From Takakia lepidozioides (lineage: Eukaryota > Plantae > Bryophyta), in contig CM060731.1 in the NCBI GenBank assembly GCA_030704615.1, positions 38,750,001-38,814,000 of the forward strand: DNA of 64,000 nt, in the 5' to 3' direction. Position 1 is the stretch's first letter. Each line of letters starts with the position of its first letter. A program made the translations under genes and the position numbers. Shown one piece after another: positions 24,406 through 35,361 of this stretch. Below the pieces are notes generated by a model. It was not told where the DNA came from, searched no databases, and saw only the letters and a program-made list of their open reading frames with translations.

Positions 24406-25163
24406 TGACACCTACAACCGACAACCGACAACTGACAATTTTCTGCAGAGTTATACGCATTGGCACAATTGTTTCTCATTACAAAAGCAAAACACCACTG
24501 AACACAAACATGAGCAAATGACGATGCCGCCTTCGCGGACATTTTGGGTGGTATACACAATGACAACATCTTTTATTTCCCAAGACATACACAACTACAA
24601 ATACTTGATGCTCCGATGGCCTGAAAATCCGAGTCACCCTCGACTTCACCACCATTGCCATGATTAGTGCTGGAATCGTCCTCCTTATTCGACTTCCCAT
24701 GTCCAAGCTTTTGAACCTGCAAGCGACCTCGAACCACATTTAGTTCTCTCTGAGGTCGATTCTCACTCCGGTCTTGAATACCATCCACAGTATCTGGTCT
24801 GTTTGTGGGCCGATCGTCTACAAAAAGCTGGATTGTTCTCTGTCGTTTATGGAGTTAGGACGCATTCGAAGGTGGTATCGAAGAAGGTCTCGGAAAGGGT
24901 TGTGCCTGAGATGGATCGACATTAGATGGTATGGCATGTGAGGAACCATGGGTTTGCTGCGCAACACGTCGGTTAAGGTGGAATTAATTCTCCCAAAATT
25001 GTCATTCAACGACATCCATGTCCGATTCTCCAATGCTTTTGACAATCGCCATACAGTTGTAATGACAATGTCCATCTCTCTTGCAACATTATCGACATCA
25101 GACATGGTATCAGATTGAATTGCGACCCTCGAACATTCTCCAGTTTTTACTACTGATTCACTG

Positions 25164-25874
25164 TATCGCGGCCCTTTGTCTCGAGGGCAGGGGGTCGGGA
25201 CACAAGAGGGGCTGTCCCTGTAGTGGGGGCAGTGGCAACAATAGGTACGGGAGCCGAAGCACCAAAGCACTCAAGGAGGCGGAGGCGCTCACTAGGTGGA
25301 GCCCCGCACACCGGGTTGCGGTGGGGGTGGTTCCACGAGGGGTGGTGGTAGCTTAGTGGGTCTTAGTGGGGGTGACATATGACTCACCATGGGGCGGAGA
25401 CCTTGTGGTGGGAGTCGTGGGGAGCTTGGGACTCATCACGATCCAATGAGGCCGTGGTGGGTGGGCTAAAACTCACCGCGACTCATCACCGGGAATCGAG
25501 GATCTTCGTGGTGGTTCGTTATAAAATGACTGGGTTGTTTGTGAAACCCCCGCGGACAGTCACAAAAGTATATATAGGGAGTAGTAACCCCGAGAACGGT
25601 GCAAGCCCGTTGGTGACCGAAAGCTAGTGCGTGTGAGCCGGAAAGCGACCAAGGTGTGGGGAGCTATTCTGGATTGCCATCTACCAAAGGGAATTTCCAC
25701 TAGGCCCAAAGTGACATCTGGAGGGTCTTTTGGAGGAGCAAAGGGGGATCGTTATGTCCCGGTGAGTAGCCGAAGCTCCGAGTTGGCTCGGCGGCCAGTT
25801 TGGGAATTAGGCGCGTGCATCAAAGCGAGTAACTATGACTTGAAGGGGAGCTTACCGAAGTGAGGTGCGTGACA
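25164..25874 (+). mobile_element. solo LTR of the same chromovirus family (older, opposite orientation)
   Basis: T(a)TCGCGGCCC...GCGTGACA is the reverse complement of the other LTRs, with many transitions. TSD CACTG at 25159-25163 and 25875-25879. TATATATAGGG box present. Confidence 0.95.
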
Positions 25875-26312
25875 CACTGGCGAAAGAGAGAATATTATTG
25901 ACCCGAAACCAACTACTTTGGTATCCTCCCCAAGTAGTACCTCTATCTGAATAAATGCCCGTACGTTTTACCCATAATAGTTTTTAAAAGCTAATTTTCT
26001 AGAATAAAATGATTGTGGAAGCTAGAGGAGGGCTTCTGGGAGTATTCTGCAACGACTTCATAGAAATCACGGCAAAAAATACACCCCGCCTAGCCAATGG
26101 CCTCCTTCTCCACGTGACTACTTGTCGTAGAATGCACACTAAGTTGTGTGGAGAGGAAATGATGGGAGAATGAGCCTCCCTTGGCTTATACCCTTACCCC
26201 CCGCCCTCCCCATTCATCGGGCCACTCTGTCATAATGACAGGGGCCACCTATGTATAGGTTGACCGCCTATACTTGGGTAAACTCCTTCATTTTCAAAAA
26301 TAAAAATAAAAG

Positions 26313-27682
26313 AAGCGACCGTCGGTAATGGCTGTCGCTTCATTTTGAAAAAAAAATAGTTTAAGCGACTGCCGGTAATGCCGGTCGCTTCATTTACAAA
26401 AAAAATAAATAGAAGCGACCGCCAGTAATGGAGGTCACTTTTATTTTTTTTCAAAAAGAAAGAGAAGCGACCTCAATATTGGCGGCCACTTTCATTTAAA
26501 ATAAATAAATAGAAGAGACCGCAATATTGGCGGTCGCTTCATATTTAAAGAATAAAAACATAAAAGCGACTGCAATATTGGCGGTTGCTTCATATATTTA
26601 AAAATAATATACTAATAAAATTTATCAGGGCCACTGTCCCCTGTTCTATGACAAAAACAAAAAACGATCCCAATGTTGGCGGTCGCTTCATATTGTTTTT
26701 AAGAAAAAATAATAAAATTTATCAAGGCCTTTGTCCCCCTGTTCTGCCCAAAAAAAAAAAAAACGACCGTAATATTGGCGATCGCTTCAATTATTTTAAA
26801 TATAAAAATTAATAAAATTCATCAGGGTCTCTGTCCCCCGTTCTACCCAAAAAAAAAAAAAAAAAAAGGGACCACTATATTGGCGGTCATTTCATATTTA
26901 AGAAAAATAAAGTCGTCCGTTGGCGGTCGATTCATAATTAAAAATAAAACATTAAAGCGACCGCAATATTGGCGGTGACCTTATATTTAAAAAAAACATA
27001 GAAGCGACTACAATATGGAACACACTAGACATAGGATGGGAGTTGAATGCGCGCGTGCCAGCCTGCCGGTTCGGTCGTCGGGCCCTGCCGGAGCCGGGAC
27101 CCACGGGGGCCGCGGGGGTGGGGATTTGACGGCGGGCCCATCGGGGCCCTCCGTTAGCTCCGGGGATCATACCGGCAAGCTTCGCACGCGCGCATTCAAC
27201 TCCCATCCTATGTCTAGTGTTAATAGTGGCTGTGGTTTTTTAAATGAGGGGACCGCAATATTGGCCAATATTGACATACTTTTGGTCATATATGTTGCTT
27301 TAAAATGAGGCGACCGCAATATTGGTGGTCGCTTTATTATTAGAAATAGAAAATTAAAGCGACCACTATATTGGCAGTCACTTCAATTTAAAAAATTGAA
27401 AGTAAAACCGACCAAACTATTGACGATCGCTTCATTTTTTAAAATAAAACAATTAAAACGACCGCCAATATTGGCGGTCGCTTCATTTTTAAAAACAAAA
27501 CAATTAAAACAACCGCCAATATTGGCGGTCGCTTTTGTTTTTTTTAGAAAAAAAAACGACCACAATATTGATGGTTATTTTTAATTTAAAAGATGAAAAA
27601 TAATGAAAATGATCAAAATACTGGCGATAGTTTTATATTTAAAAATAAAATAAAAACAACTGTAATATTGGCGGTCGCTTCA
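26313..27682. repeat. second palindrome array GCGACCGC(C)AATATTGGCGGTCGC with A-rich spacers (~20 copies)
   Basis: Directly visible; same family as 23673-24405. Confidence 0.88.
27022..27220. mobile_element. 199-bp fold-back MITE with perfect 37-bp TIRs and a GC-rich core
   Basis: ACACTAGACATAGGATGGGAGTTGAATGCGCGCGTGC (27022-27058) has its exact reverse complement at 27184-27220. No clean TSD. Confidence 0.85.
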
Positions 27683-27884
27683 TATTTAAAAATAAAAAAG
27701 TGGTGGTCGTATTTAATTTAATTTTTTTCATTACTTATCTGCCACCGCCACCGTGTTGGCGACGTCGCTGCTTAAGTGGCATTTTTTTACCTAGAAGTTT
27801 TTTTACTCGAATACCGCCTAAACCTGACGTGACGTAGGTACCGTCAGCATCAGGTCTGACGCGACCTGACGCTGATGAATAGAA

Positions 27885-29480
27885 ACTGACCATCAGGCTT
27901 TGAAGTACTTGACCACGCAATCCCATTTGAGCCAGAGGCAGATTCGGTGGTCAGAACTGCTTCAACAGTCCCATTATAACCTACAGTATGTCAAAGGAAG
28001 GGAAAATGTGATTGTTGATGCACTTTCTAGGAGACCATTACAAGTTAATGTTGTCTCATGTATCAGTAACACTATATGGGTCCGTATGAGATCGATGGAT
28101 TTTTCAAGGAACTATTTGAGAGTTTGTCTCGTGACCAGAGGACTTCCATTGAAAAAGAGAAATATCGGTCATACCTCTTGAGAGATGAGGTGGTGTTTTA
28201 TAACGGTCGGTTGTGTGTCCTCATGATCCCAGACCTAAGATTGTGAATTATTCATGATAGTCATAATGTTCCAATCTCAGGATACCTGGGCTTTCAAAAG
28301 ACCTACAACGTCAATACAGAAGCACTACTTCTGGCCGGGTATGAAAAGAGAAATCAAAGATTATGTGCAGAGATTCCTCTGTCAGGTTTCAAAGTCAGAA
28401 AGAGTCAGAGCTCCTGGATTGTTGCAACCTCTATCTGTTCATGTATGGAATTGGGAATCCATCAGCATGGATTTTATTGTTGCTTTGCCCAGGACCAGAA
28501 ATGGTGGTTGTAAATAGGCTATCTAAAATAGCCAATTTGTTACCTATAAGGATGAGTGCTACGACATCTGATGTTGCATCCTTATTTATGAAAGAGATAT
28601 TCAAGCTTCATGGTCTGCTTCGTGAAATTATTTGTGACAATGATTCAAAGTTTACAAGTCGCTTTTGGGCTGACTTGTTCAAGAAATTAGGAACCAAGGT
28701 GAGGCTAAACAAACTATTACCCAGAAACAGATGCCCAAACAGAAAGAACCAACCGTACAATTGAAGAAATGTTAAGGATGTATGTTGGTGAGAGACAGTC
28801 CTCTGGGGAAGAGTATCTGTACTTGGTGGAATTTGCCTATAACAAGCATTTTTACAGTGCCATTGGCATGAGTCCATTTGAAGCCTTGTATAGACGAGAT
28901 TGTTTAGTTCCTGCTTCGTTTGTTACACCACCATCAAATGTGCAAAGTGTAAATGATAGAATCAAAGAAATGCGCTCTGTACTAGATCTGGTGAAGTGTA
29001 GTATGCAGGGTGCACAGGAACGGGCCAAGTTCTTTGCTGACAAGCATAAGACTTTTCGTGAGTTTTCTGTTGGTGATATATTGGTGTTCTTGAAGGTTAC
29101 ACCAAAAAAAAGCAATTTAACACTTGACAAGTGTTATAAGCTTTCATCAAGATTTGGGTGGCCCATTCAAGATCCTAGAACGTCATGGTAAAGTGACATA
29201 TGAATTAGATCTACCTCCCACGTGGAAGATTCACAAGGTTTTCCCTGTCAACCTTCTCCGGAAATATATGTGAGACCCGTCATATATCTTGCCCACGTGC
29301 CTCAAGCTATACACGATGGTCAGTTAATAGTTGAATCTGAAAAAGTTCTAGAAACTCGAGTGAAATACAGGTGCGCAACTGATCTTGCAAAGAACATTTG
29401 ATTGAATGGTTGCACTACCCAGAGACAGAGGCTACGTGGGAGAAATAAGGTGAATTGAAATTGAACTATCCTTCATTTTC
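27885..29480 (+). pseudogene. degenerate RNaseH end, integrase and chromodomain of the old outer Ty3/gypsy element
   Basis: TDHQALKYL..RQIRWSELL..YVKGRENVIVDALSRR; YFWPGMKREI; WESISMDFIVALPRT; IICDNDSKFTSRFW; VEFAYN..IGMSPFEALY; IEWLHYPETEATWE. Many stops. Confidence 0.9.
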
Positions 29481-29519
29481 TGTCATTGACGACAATGACC
29501 TGCCTTTGGAGGGGGAGCT

Positions 29520-30060
29520 TGTTAGGTGCCAATAGAACTCAAACTGGAACTGTGAATCAATTCGCAAATGCAGAAGGCAACCGCTGAAGTTTCGTCAAGT
29601 ACTGACACACACCCGCGGGCGATAAATTGGGCAAGTTTGTAAGTCTCAAAAGGCTAGGGATTCGAGATGTGGAAAAGGAGAACCAGGGAAGATGGCCAAG
29701 AAGATTGTGCTGTAGATTTTTGGGCAAGTGATATGGAATTGAGGAGATAATGTATAGAGAATAAGGCACGGTGTGGTGGCTAGGTGGACCGGGAGTGTTC
29801 CCCGATACTGTGCAGTTAGAGTTAGTCGAAGTAGAGATAGTTGCGGGTTTCTCTTGCTATTAGGAACTAGAACTAAGAGCGTCTCTTTTGTACAGAGTCA
29901 ACCCTCGTAAATCAAGCCAACAGAGCTTTGAATTGGAATGAGATCAAATTGAGTTGGGTTCCTGTCACGGTTGAGAACTGGGCTGAATCATACTTATGTT
30001 ACGATTGAAAGCTAGTGAGCATCGTGATAGGTAGTCTGCCTTGGGAAGGCGGGGCCAACA
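29520..30060 (+). repeat. 3' LTR of the old outer element
   Basis: PPT GGAGGGGGAG at 29508-29517 followed by TGTTAGGTGCC. The right end (GGGGCCAACA) is tentative because no TSD match was found. Confidence 0.75.
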
Positions 30061-31059
30061 AAAACACGCAAATCACAATTTACAAATATCCTTTGAGTAG
30101 TTATTGCATTTGTGCCAAACAGTCTTAAATTCAAACCTTGTCCAATTTAACGGCATTGGAAATTTACGGGGCAAAATCACAACCATGCAAAAATGGATAA
30201 TTAGTCATCCGGCAGCCTTTTGAAACATCGGAGGACCGAGGTCTTGGAAATTTTATTTGAGATTACTGGAGGGAAAAAGAAATTAAAAGCCTCCAGAAAG
30301 CCATAAGGCGTACAGAAATAATAGAACCAAGAATGCTCCCTTTAAAAAAAAGAAAAAAGAGGACCGCAAAGAAACACCACAAAATTCCTGGATGGCCCAG
30401 TAGACCCAACAATCACCAGAATACTGGCGAATGCTGGGTGGAGAAGAGACTGAATGGAGACTGGAGAGTCCCTTCTCAATGTATTTCCAGGGCCTCCATC
30501 GACTGTTCTCTAAACAAAATAAAAAAAACAAAAAAAAACAAAAAAGAATGGAGAGTAAGCGGACAACACAGACACTAACTGCGTGCAATCAGCAAACCTG
30601 AAAGATTTCAGAGGAGCCAAGGAGGCTGTCTGAGAACGGAGTCCCTTGCAAGTGGTGGCTGTCAAACCTTCTGGAATGCCAATGAAATTAGGTGACAACA
30701 CGAAACATTTTGCAGTTTTGAATTCTGGGGTCGCTGTGTTGTGTGCATCGTAAGATCCAGGCTTAGAATGCAGACAGAAACCAATCTAGTCTGGTCGAAG
30801 AAGCAAGAACGCACAGGGGATGGCAGACAAGGGCTGCAATTGGGAAAGTTGGCATGTAGGTGAATGCTGGAGCATGCAACAGCGCTTGCAGGAGTACTTT
30901 AAAGATCCTGCATGGTGGGACTACATCGTTGACAATGTGAGCTTTCTTCATGTAAGATTTGAAGGAGTTTTCATGGAGGGAGTTTGACTGACTCTGGTAC
31001 TATAATGTTTTGTGGACTGGATTGTACACTTGGTTGTTGAGTGAAGTTAGAATCCCGAC

Positions 31060-31254
31060 AGGCATTACCTGTTGGGCAAGAAGTTTATGTTCTATGTGGA
31101 TCACCAGGCTCTTATATACCTGGTAAACAAACCTCTGATAAGCGGAAGAATAGCAAGATGGTCAATAATCTTGCACGAGTTTGAGTTCGAGGTTGTTTAC
31201 AAGCCTGGGAGACTGCATCTTGTGGCGGATCACTTGTCAAGGTTATCATTCTGA
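31060..31254 (+). pseudogene. isolated Ty3/gypsy RNaseH fragment (different lineage)
   Basis: RHYLLGKKFMFYVDHQALIYLVNK..SGRIARWSIILHEFEFEVVYKPGRLHLVADHLSRL. Confidence 0.85.
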
Positions 31255-32464
31255 AAAAACCGTTTATTGTCAGTGTTTTCAGTATCGTAGGTTGTGCTTC
31301 CTAAGCAGGGCATGGAAGTATGAAGTGCAAGGTCTTTTCCCTAGAGTTTGCAAGTCACTTGGGAGGGTTGATGGTTGTGGCCTGGTTTGGTTTATTCTGT
31401 GGCTGCTCAGCTGCTCCTTTTCACCTCATTAGCCTGGTTGCCACTTGTAAGTTGGGACTTGTTTGCGATAGAGCCCAGAGTGTGAATGTTGTTGAAGCTA
31501 CTAGCACTCCTGAAAGGAACCTGTCAAAGTGTTGATGCTCTTCTAGTGTCTGGCATAAAGGTCAACATGGAGCATGGAAGAGCAATGGCGGAAGTTCTTA
31601 GGAGGATCGGTTTGGTCATAGGAGGTTGTCTTTAAACTATGGCTGTTCAGCTGCACAGTGATTTTTTCACAGAGCAATCCAAGATCTCCGGACTATAAAC
31701 ATAAGCAGCGGACACAAGAAGTCCTTTGGATCGAGGGTTGGTTGAGTGCTCCTTGGGTGAGGGAAAGCTAGCTACTTTGAGAATACACGTTCAAGGACAA
31801 TGTGGTGAGGGCACCTTCTTCAACAGTTTTTTGGCTTGCTTTGTCCTCTTATCAGATTCACCCCTATTTTTTCATGTCAATGTTAACTCAATGGGTGGAT
31901 CTATAATGTTACTGCCAATGGGGTATAGGCAAATATTTGAAAACCAACAACAGAGACGAGGAAAAGCTTTGGAAGGAGTATTTTTTGAACCCGAAGTCAA
32001 TGGTGGGACAATCGAGGCAACAAGGTGAATGTCTGTTTTACCTTGCAGAAGACAGAAAGATGCATTGAAAAGCTTCTTTGCAAATTGTCATCTTCCCTCT
32101 CTCCCCAACACATTTTGGAAGTCTTGTCAGCAATTGAGCCTAGGAACTACTGTGTGGTAAGTAGGGTTGGGGTGTCTGCTACCTAAATTTTAGGTTGTCA
32201 TTATCAGCTGCTAGCAACAAGGGGGAGGATCTGTGTTATTGTTGCCGAGCCAGGGATGGAGTCAGCCCTAATTCATCCAAGAGGGCCGGATTTAGCGCAA
32301 GAGTACCAATGAGGCCCTGTTGATTGGTAGCTACAAGAAACCTGCATGGGTAGATGGTCAACTGGAAGCAGCAGCGGCAGCACAGTTGATGACATCAGGC
32401 ACCTTCACCATGACCACTGATTCGGAGACAGGACCAAGAGAAGGAGTCTACAAGATATCTTCTG

Positions 32465-32790
32465 GCACTTCTGGGCATGTAAGGACAATGTAGCATCGTA
32501 GATGCGCACCAGGTGTTCAACAAAATCCCTGCATGAAATTTGGTAATATTGGCAGGGTTCACCAAGCATGGGTGTGGTAAGAATGCCTTGGAGACATATG
32601 AGCAAATGATGCAGGAAGGGGTGAAGCCTAACCAGGTCACGGTTGTTTGCATTTGCAAGGCATGTGCAACCCTGGCAGCCCTTGACAAGGGCAAAGAGGT
32701 TTGTGCTGACATAGAATTGTACCAAATATGATTCTGAACCATGCCCTTGTGGACATGTATGCCAAATGCGGGAGCCTCAAGGATGCAAAG
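32465..32790 (+). pseudogene. PLS-class pentatricopeptide repeat (PPR) gene fragment
   Basis: DAHQVFNKIP; ILAGFTKHGCGKNALETYEQMMQEGVKPNQVT..ICKACATLAALDKGKEV; after a frameshift, HALVDMYAKCGSLKDAK. In-frame stops present. Confidence 0.88.
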
Positions 32791-34314
32791 GTTGAACTTT
32801 GAAGTGCAGTAAGTTTGCTCCATACTTTGTAACTACTTTGATCACATGTAGTAGAGTACGCAATTTGGATACAGTATGGTAGTGCATATCATATGCTGAA
32901 CTACATGTTGCTGATCACGCTCATCAAACTAACTCATAATTCCGAAATTGTGTAGAAGTACCTTATAATGGTTTGCATATGACTCCCTTGGGAGGGTAGG
33001 TGAGAGGTGTGCATTCCTAAATAGCGAGGTGTAACATGTATCAAAATGGATATTTGGTAAATGGTTGTATTTCATCTTGAATCTTGTTCAAACTAAGTTT
33101 GTATTGAATTTTGAGATGCAAGTAGGCTTGACCGTTCCTTTGGACAAGCTGCTGGACATACTAATAGCCCTTTCGCAACCTGTATTACAGGAAATGTTTG
33201 AATTATGTAGGTGATGGAAGTTTTAGGTGGACAGATGGTAACAATGGTACAATTTGGGTAATGATGTGTAGCCTACCTTCCTGCGATAGCAATGGTGGGC
33301 ATGTATTTGGCTTAAATGAACAGCAGGGCTCCGACCTCTGACATTGATCAGTCAAATTTAATGCTTTGTGTTTCAAGAATCAAACTCAACTTTTCCACTA
33401 CCAACCAAGTCCATATTTGAGGATTGAGATTATTCAACACTTCATCTGCCACAATATGCCTGGTATCAGTTGGGGGTGGTATCAAGTTGCCAAAGCTGAA
33501 GGCAATAGTTGTTGTGGATTAGCTTGGAAGTAGTGACCATGGTATGAAAGAAATAGACCAATGAATAACTCCTTGGTGTAGCACCAAAATTGTGGGGAGG
33601 CAGTGAGTTTTCAGTCCTTTGTGGATGTATTTGTGTCCGTAGTATCTGTATTCTTTCTAGAGAATGCTTTCTTTGGGGATCTGGCACTTCAGATGATCTG
33701 TTGCAAAAACGCAATTTATTTCTGAAGACTGTCATTCAGATTTCTCCGACACCAAACTCCTCTATGAACTAGCTAATTAGTAACCAACTCCAGTAAGAGT
33801 AGCCAGTTGACGAAGACAAGAAATCTAAGACTTCACAGTACTTCCCTTCCATTCTCTTGCTATCATATCTCTTCCCACCCATAAGGGCTGAAATCAGTTT
33901 TGTGGGACTCTGTTTGTGGTGGTCTAGTCAGATGTTTGGTGAAAATCTAATGGAACCAACCTGGCCCAAGTCTCGCGAAAAACATCCAATGTTTGTCTTC
34001 AACAACAGTTGCAAATATGAGATCATAATAGTTCTTTGTGAGTAACACTTCCATTGAGTACAGAAGAAGGTAAGACATTTACTTTATTTGCTGTTCCCAC
34101 AATGAAATACTCTCACAACATCATCTTCAGATTCAATAGCATGCTCTCTACTAACAGTACAATATGAATAGTTCATAACAATTCTCTGGACTCCAGGCAA
34201 GCTTGTTCTCAGTAGTTCTTTGGCTCCCACCATCTTTGGCTCTCAGTAGTATCTTTGTCTCTCACGGTGGCTAACATCAAACGCCACACTGCAGTAAGAG
34301 AGCAAATACGTGAA

Positions 34315-34755
34315 TCAGGCGCATGGGGCTGCTGCTTCCTCTCCCTCGTGCAAGATGTTGTCCATGATGGAAACATCCGAGTGTCTTGTCACACCGTTCT
34401 GACACTCGATGTCTATTGCTGCGCGTGCTCCTTTTTCTGTGGAAAACTGTGCATCGACAATTGGTCCCAGGGCACCCATGCTTGGCAGTTCAACTGGATG
34501 GTTACCTTCGGCATGCTCGAGGATCACAGGGGGAACACTATCTCTGTAGCTGGCAATGGTTTCCCGAAATATTTCCTCCAATGATCTAGGAACAGAGTCA
34601 GTTTTCACTGGGTCACCTTTCTCAGTGAACTTCCAGGGGAGTATAGATACATGGTCCTGTTCGATGGGAATACCTTCTTCAGGTGCCACTATCAACTCTG
34701 AAACTCCATCAATGTGCTCTTTTGGAGTTGTTGGCGCGTTGGCCACTTCGAAATC
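34315..34755 (-). CDS. predicted terminal (or penultimate) exon of the giant repeat-protein gene
   Basis: Acceptor TTCGCAG|GAT at 34756/34755 is phase 0, matching the upstream donor. Acidic ORF DFEVANAP...EEAAAPCA*. Confidence 0.6.
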   Translation of the reverse strand, partial: DFEVANAPTTPKEHIDGVSELIVAPEEGIPIEQDHVSILPWKFTEKGDPVKTDSVPRSLEEIFRETIASYRDSVPPVILEHAEGNHPVELPSMGALGPIVDAQFSTEKGARAAIDIECQNGVTRHSDVSIMDNILHEGEEAAAPCA

Positions 34756-34922
34756 CTGCGAAGTGCCACCTTCTTTAGTCATTCTTTAAGTAAAGATGAG
34801 CTCTTTTAGTCAGTTTTTCTCAATCATGATCGGCTTATGTATATCATAAACCTCGGAGAGATTAGCTAATATGAGTAAGTAGCGACGGATGGATGCAGAG
34901 TAACAATGTGGACTTGCATTAC

Positions 34923-35200
34923 CTGCACATCGTCAATCTCGCATGCTTCTCTTGAGCTTTCAATTAGGGGACCCCGAATGAAGAGAATTTCTGGACTCGT
35001 GCATATGGCCCCATCTTTCTGAGTCTCTTCGAGAGACGTCACACTTGACATTACGCTCCATGCATTGTTTTCTGCATTTGGACCTTCCCCTGTCGGTTTT
35101 ACTCTTGTGGTAGGTGCTTCAGGCATCTCTTCTGTCTGGGTTGCTGCATCCTTGTATTTCACCACCTTCGCAACGCTATATGGTGTTACTTCGTTCTCAC
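34923..35200 (-). CDS. predicted internal exon of the giant repeat-protein gene
   Basis: Acceptor ATATCAG|GT at 35201/35200 (phase 1, matching donor ACAG|GTACAG at 35362/35361). Donor CAG|GTAATG at 34923/34922. Encodes GENEVTPYS...EIDDVQ. Confidence 0.68.
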
Positions 35201-35361
35201 CTGATATGTACCAATTAAACAATTTCATGGGGTCACGATTAACTCAGTTGAAAGTCCATGAACATGCTGGATAGGCGTATTCTAGGTTAAAACTGAAGGA
35301 CAATGTCATGGGAAGTACAAAATCTACGCAAATGTTATATTTTTGCCAAATTTTGCTGTAC

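Noticed and set aside
23673-27682. CRISPR-like appearance of the palindrome and spacer arrays
   Set aside because: The spacers are low-complexity A-tracts similar to each other, the repeats are degenerate, there are no cas genes, and the context is eukaryotic TE sequence.
30060-34200. Other short ORFs between the TE nest and the giant gene
   Set aside because: No recognisable motifs apart from the RNaseH and PPR fragments; left unannotated.
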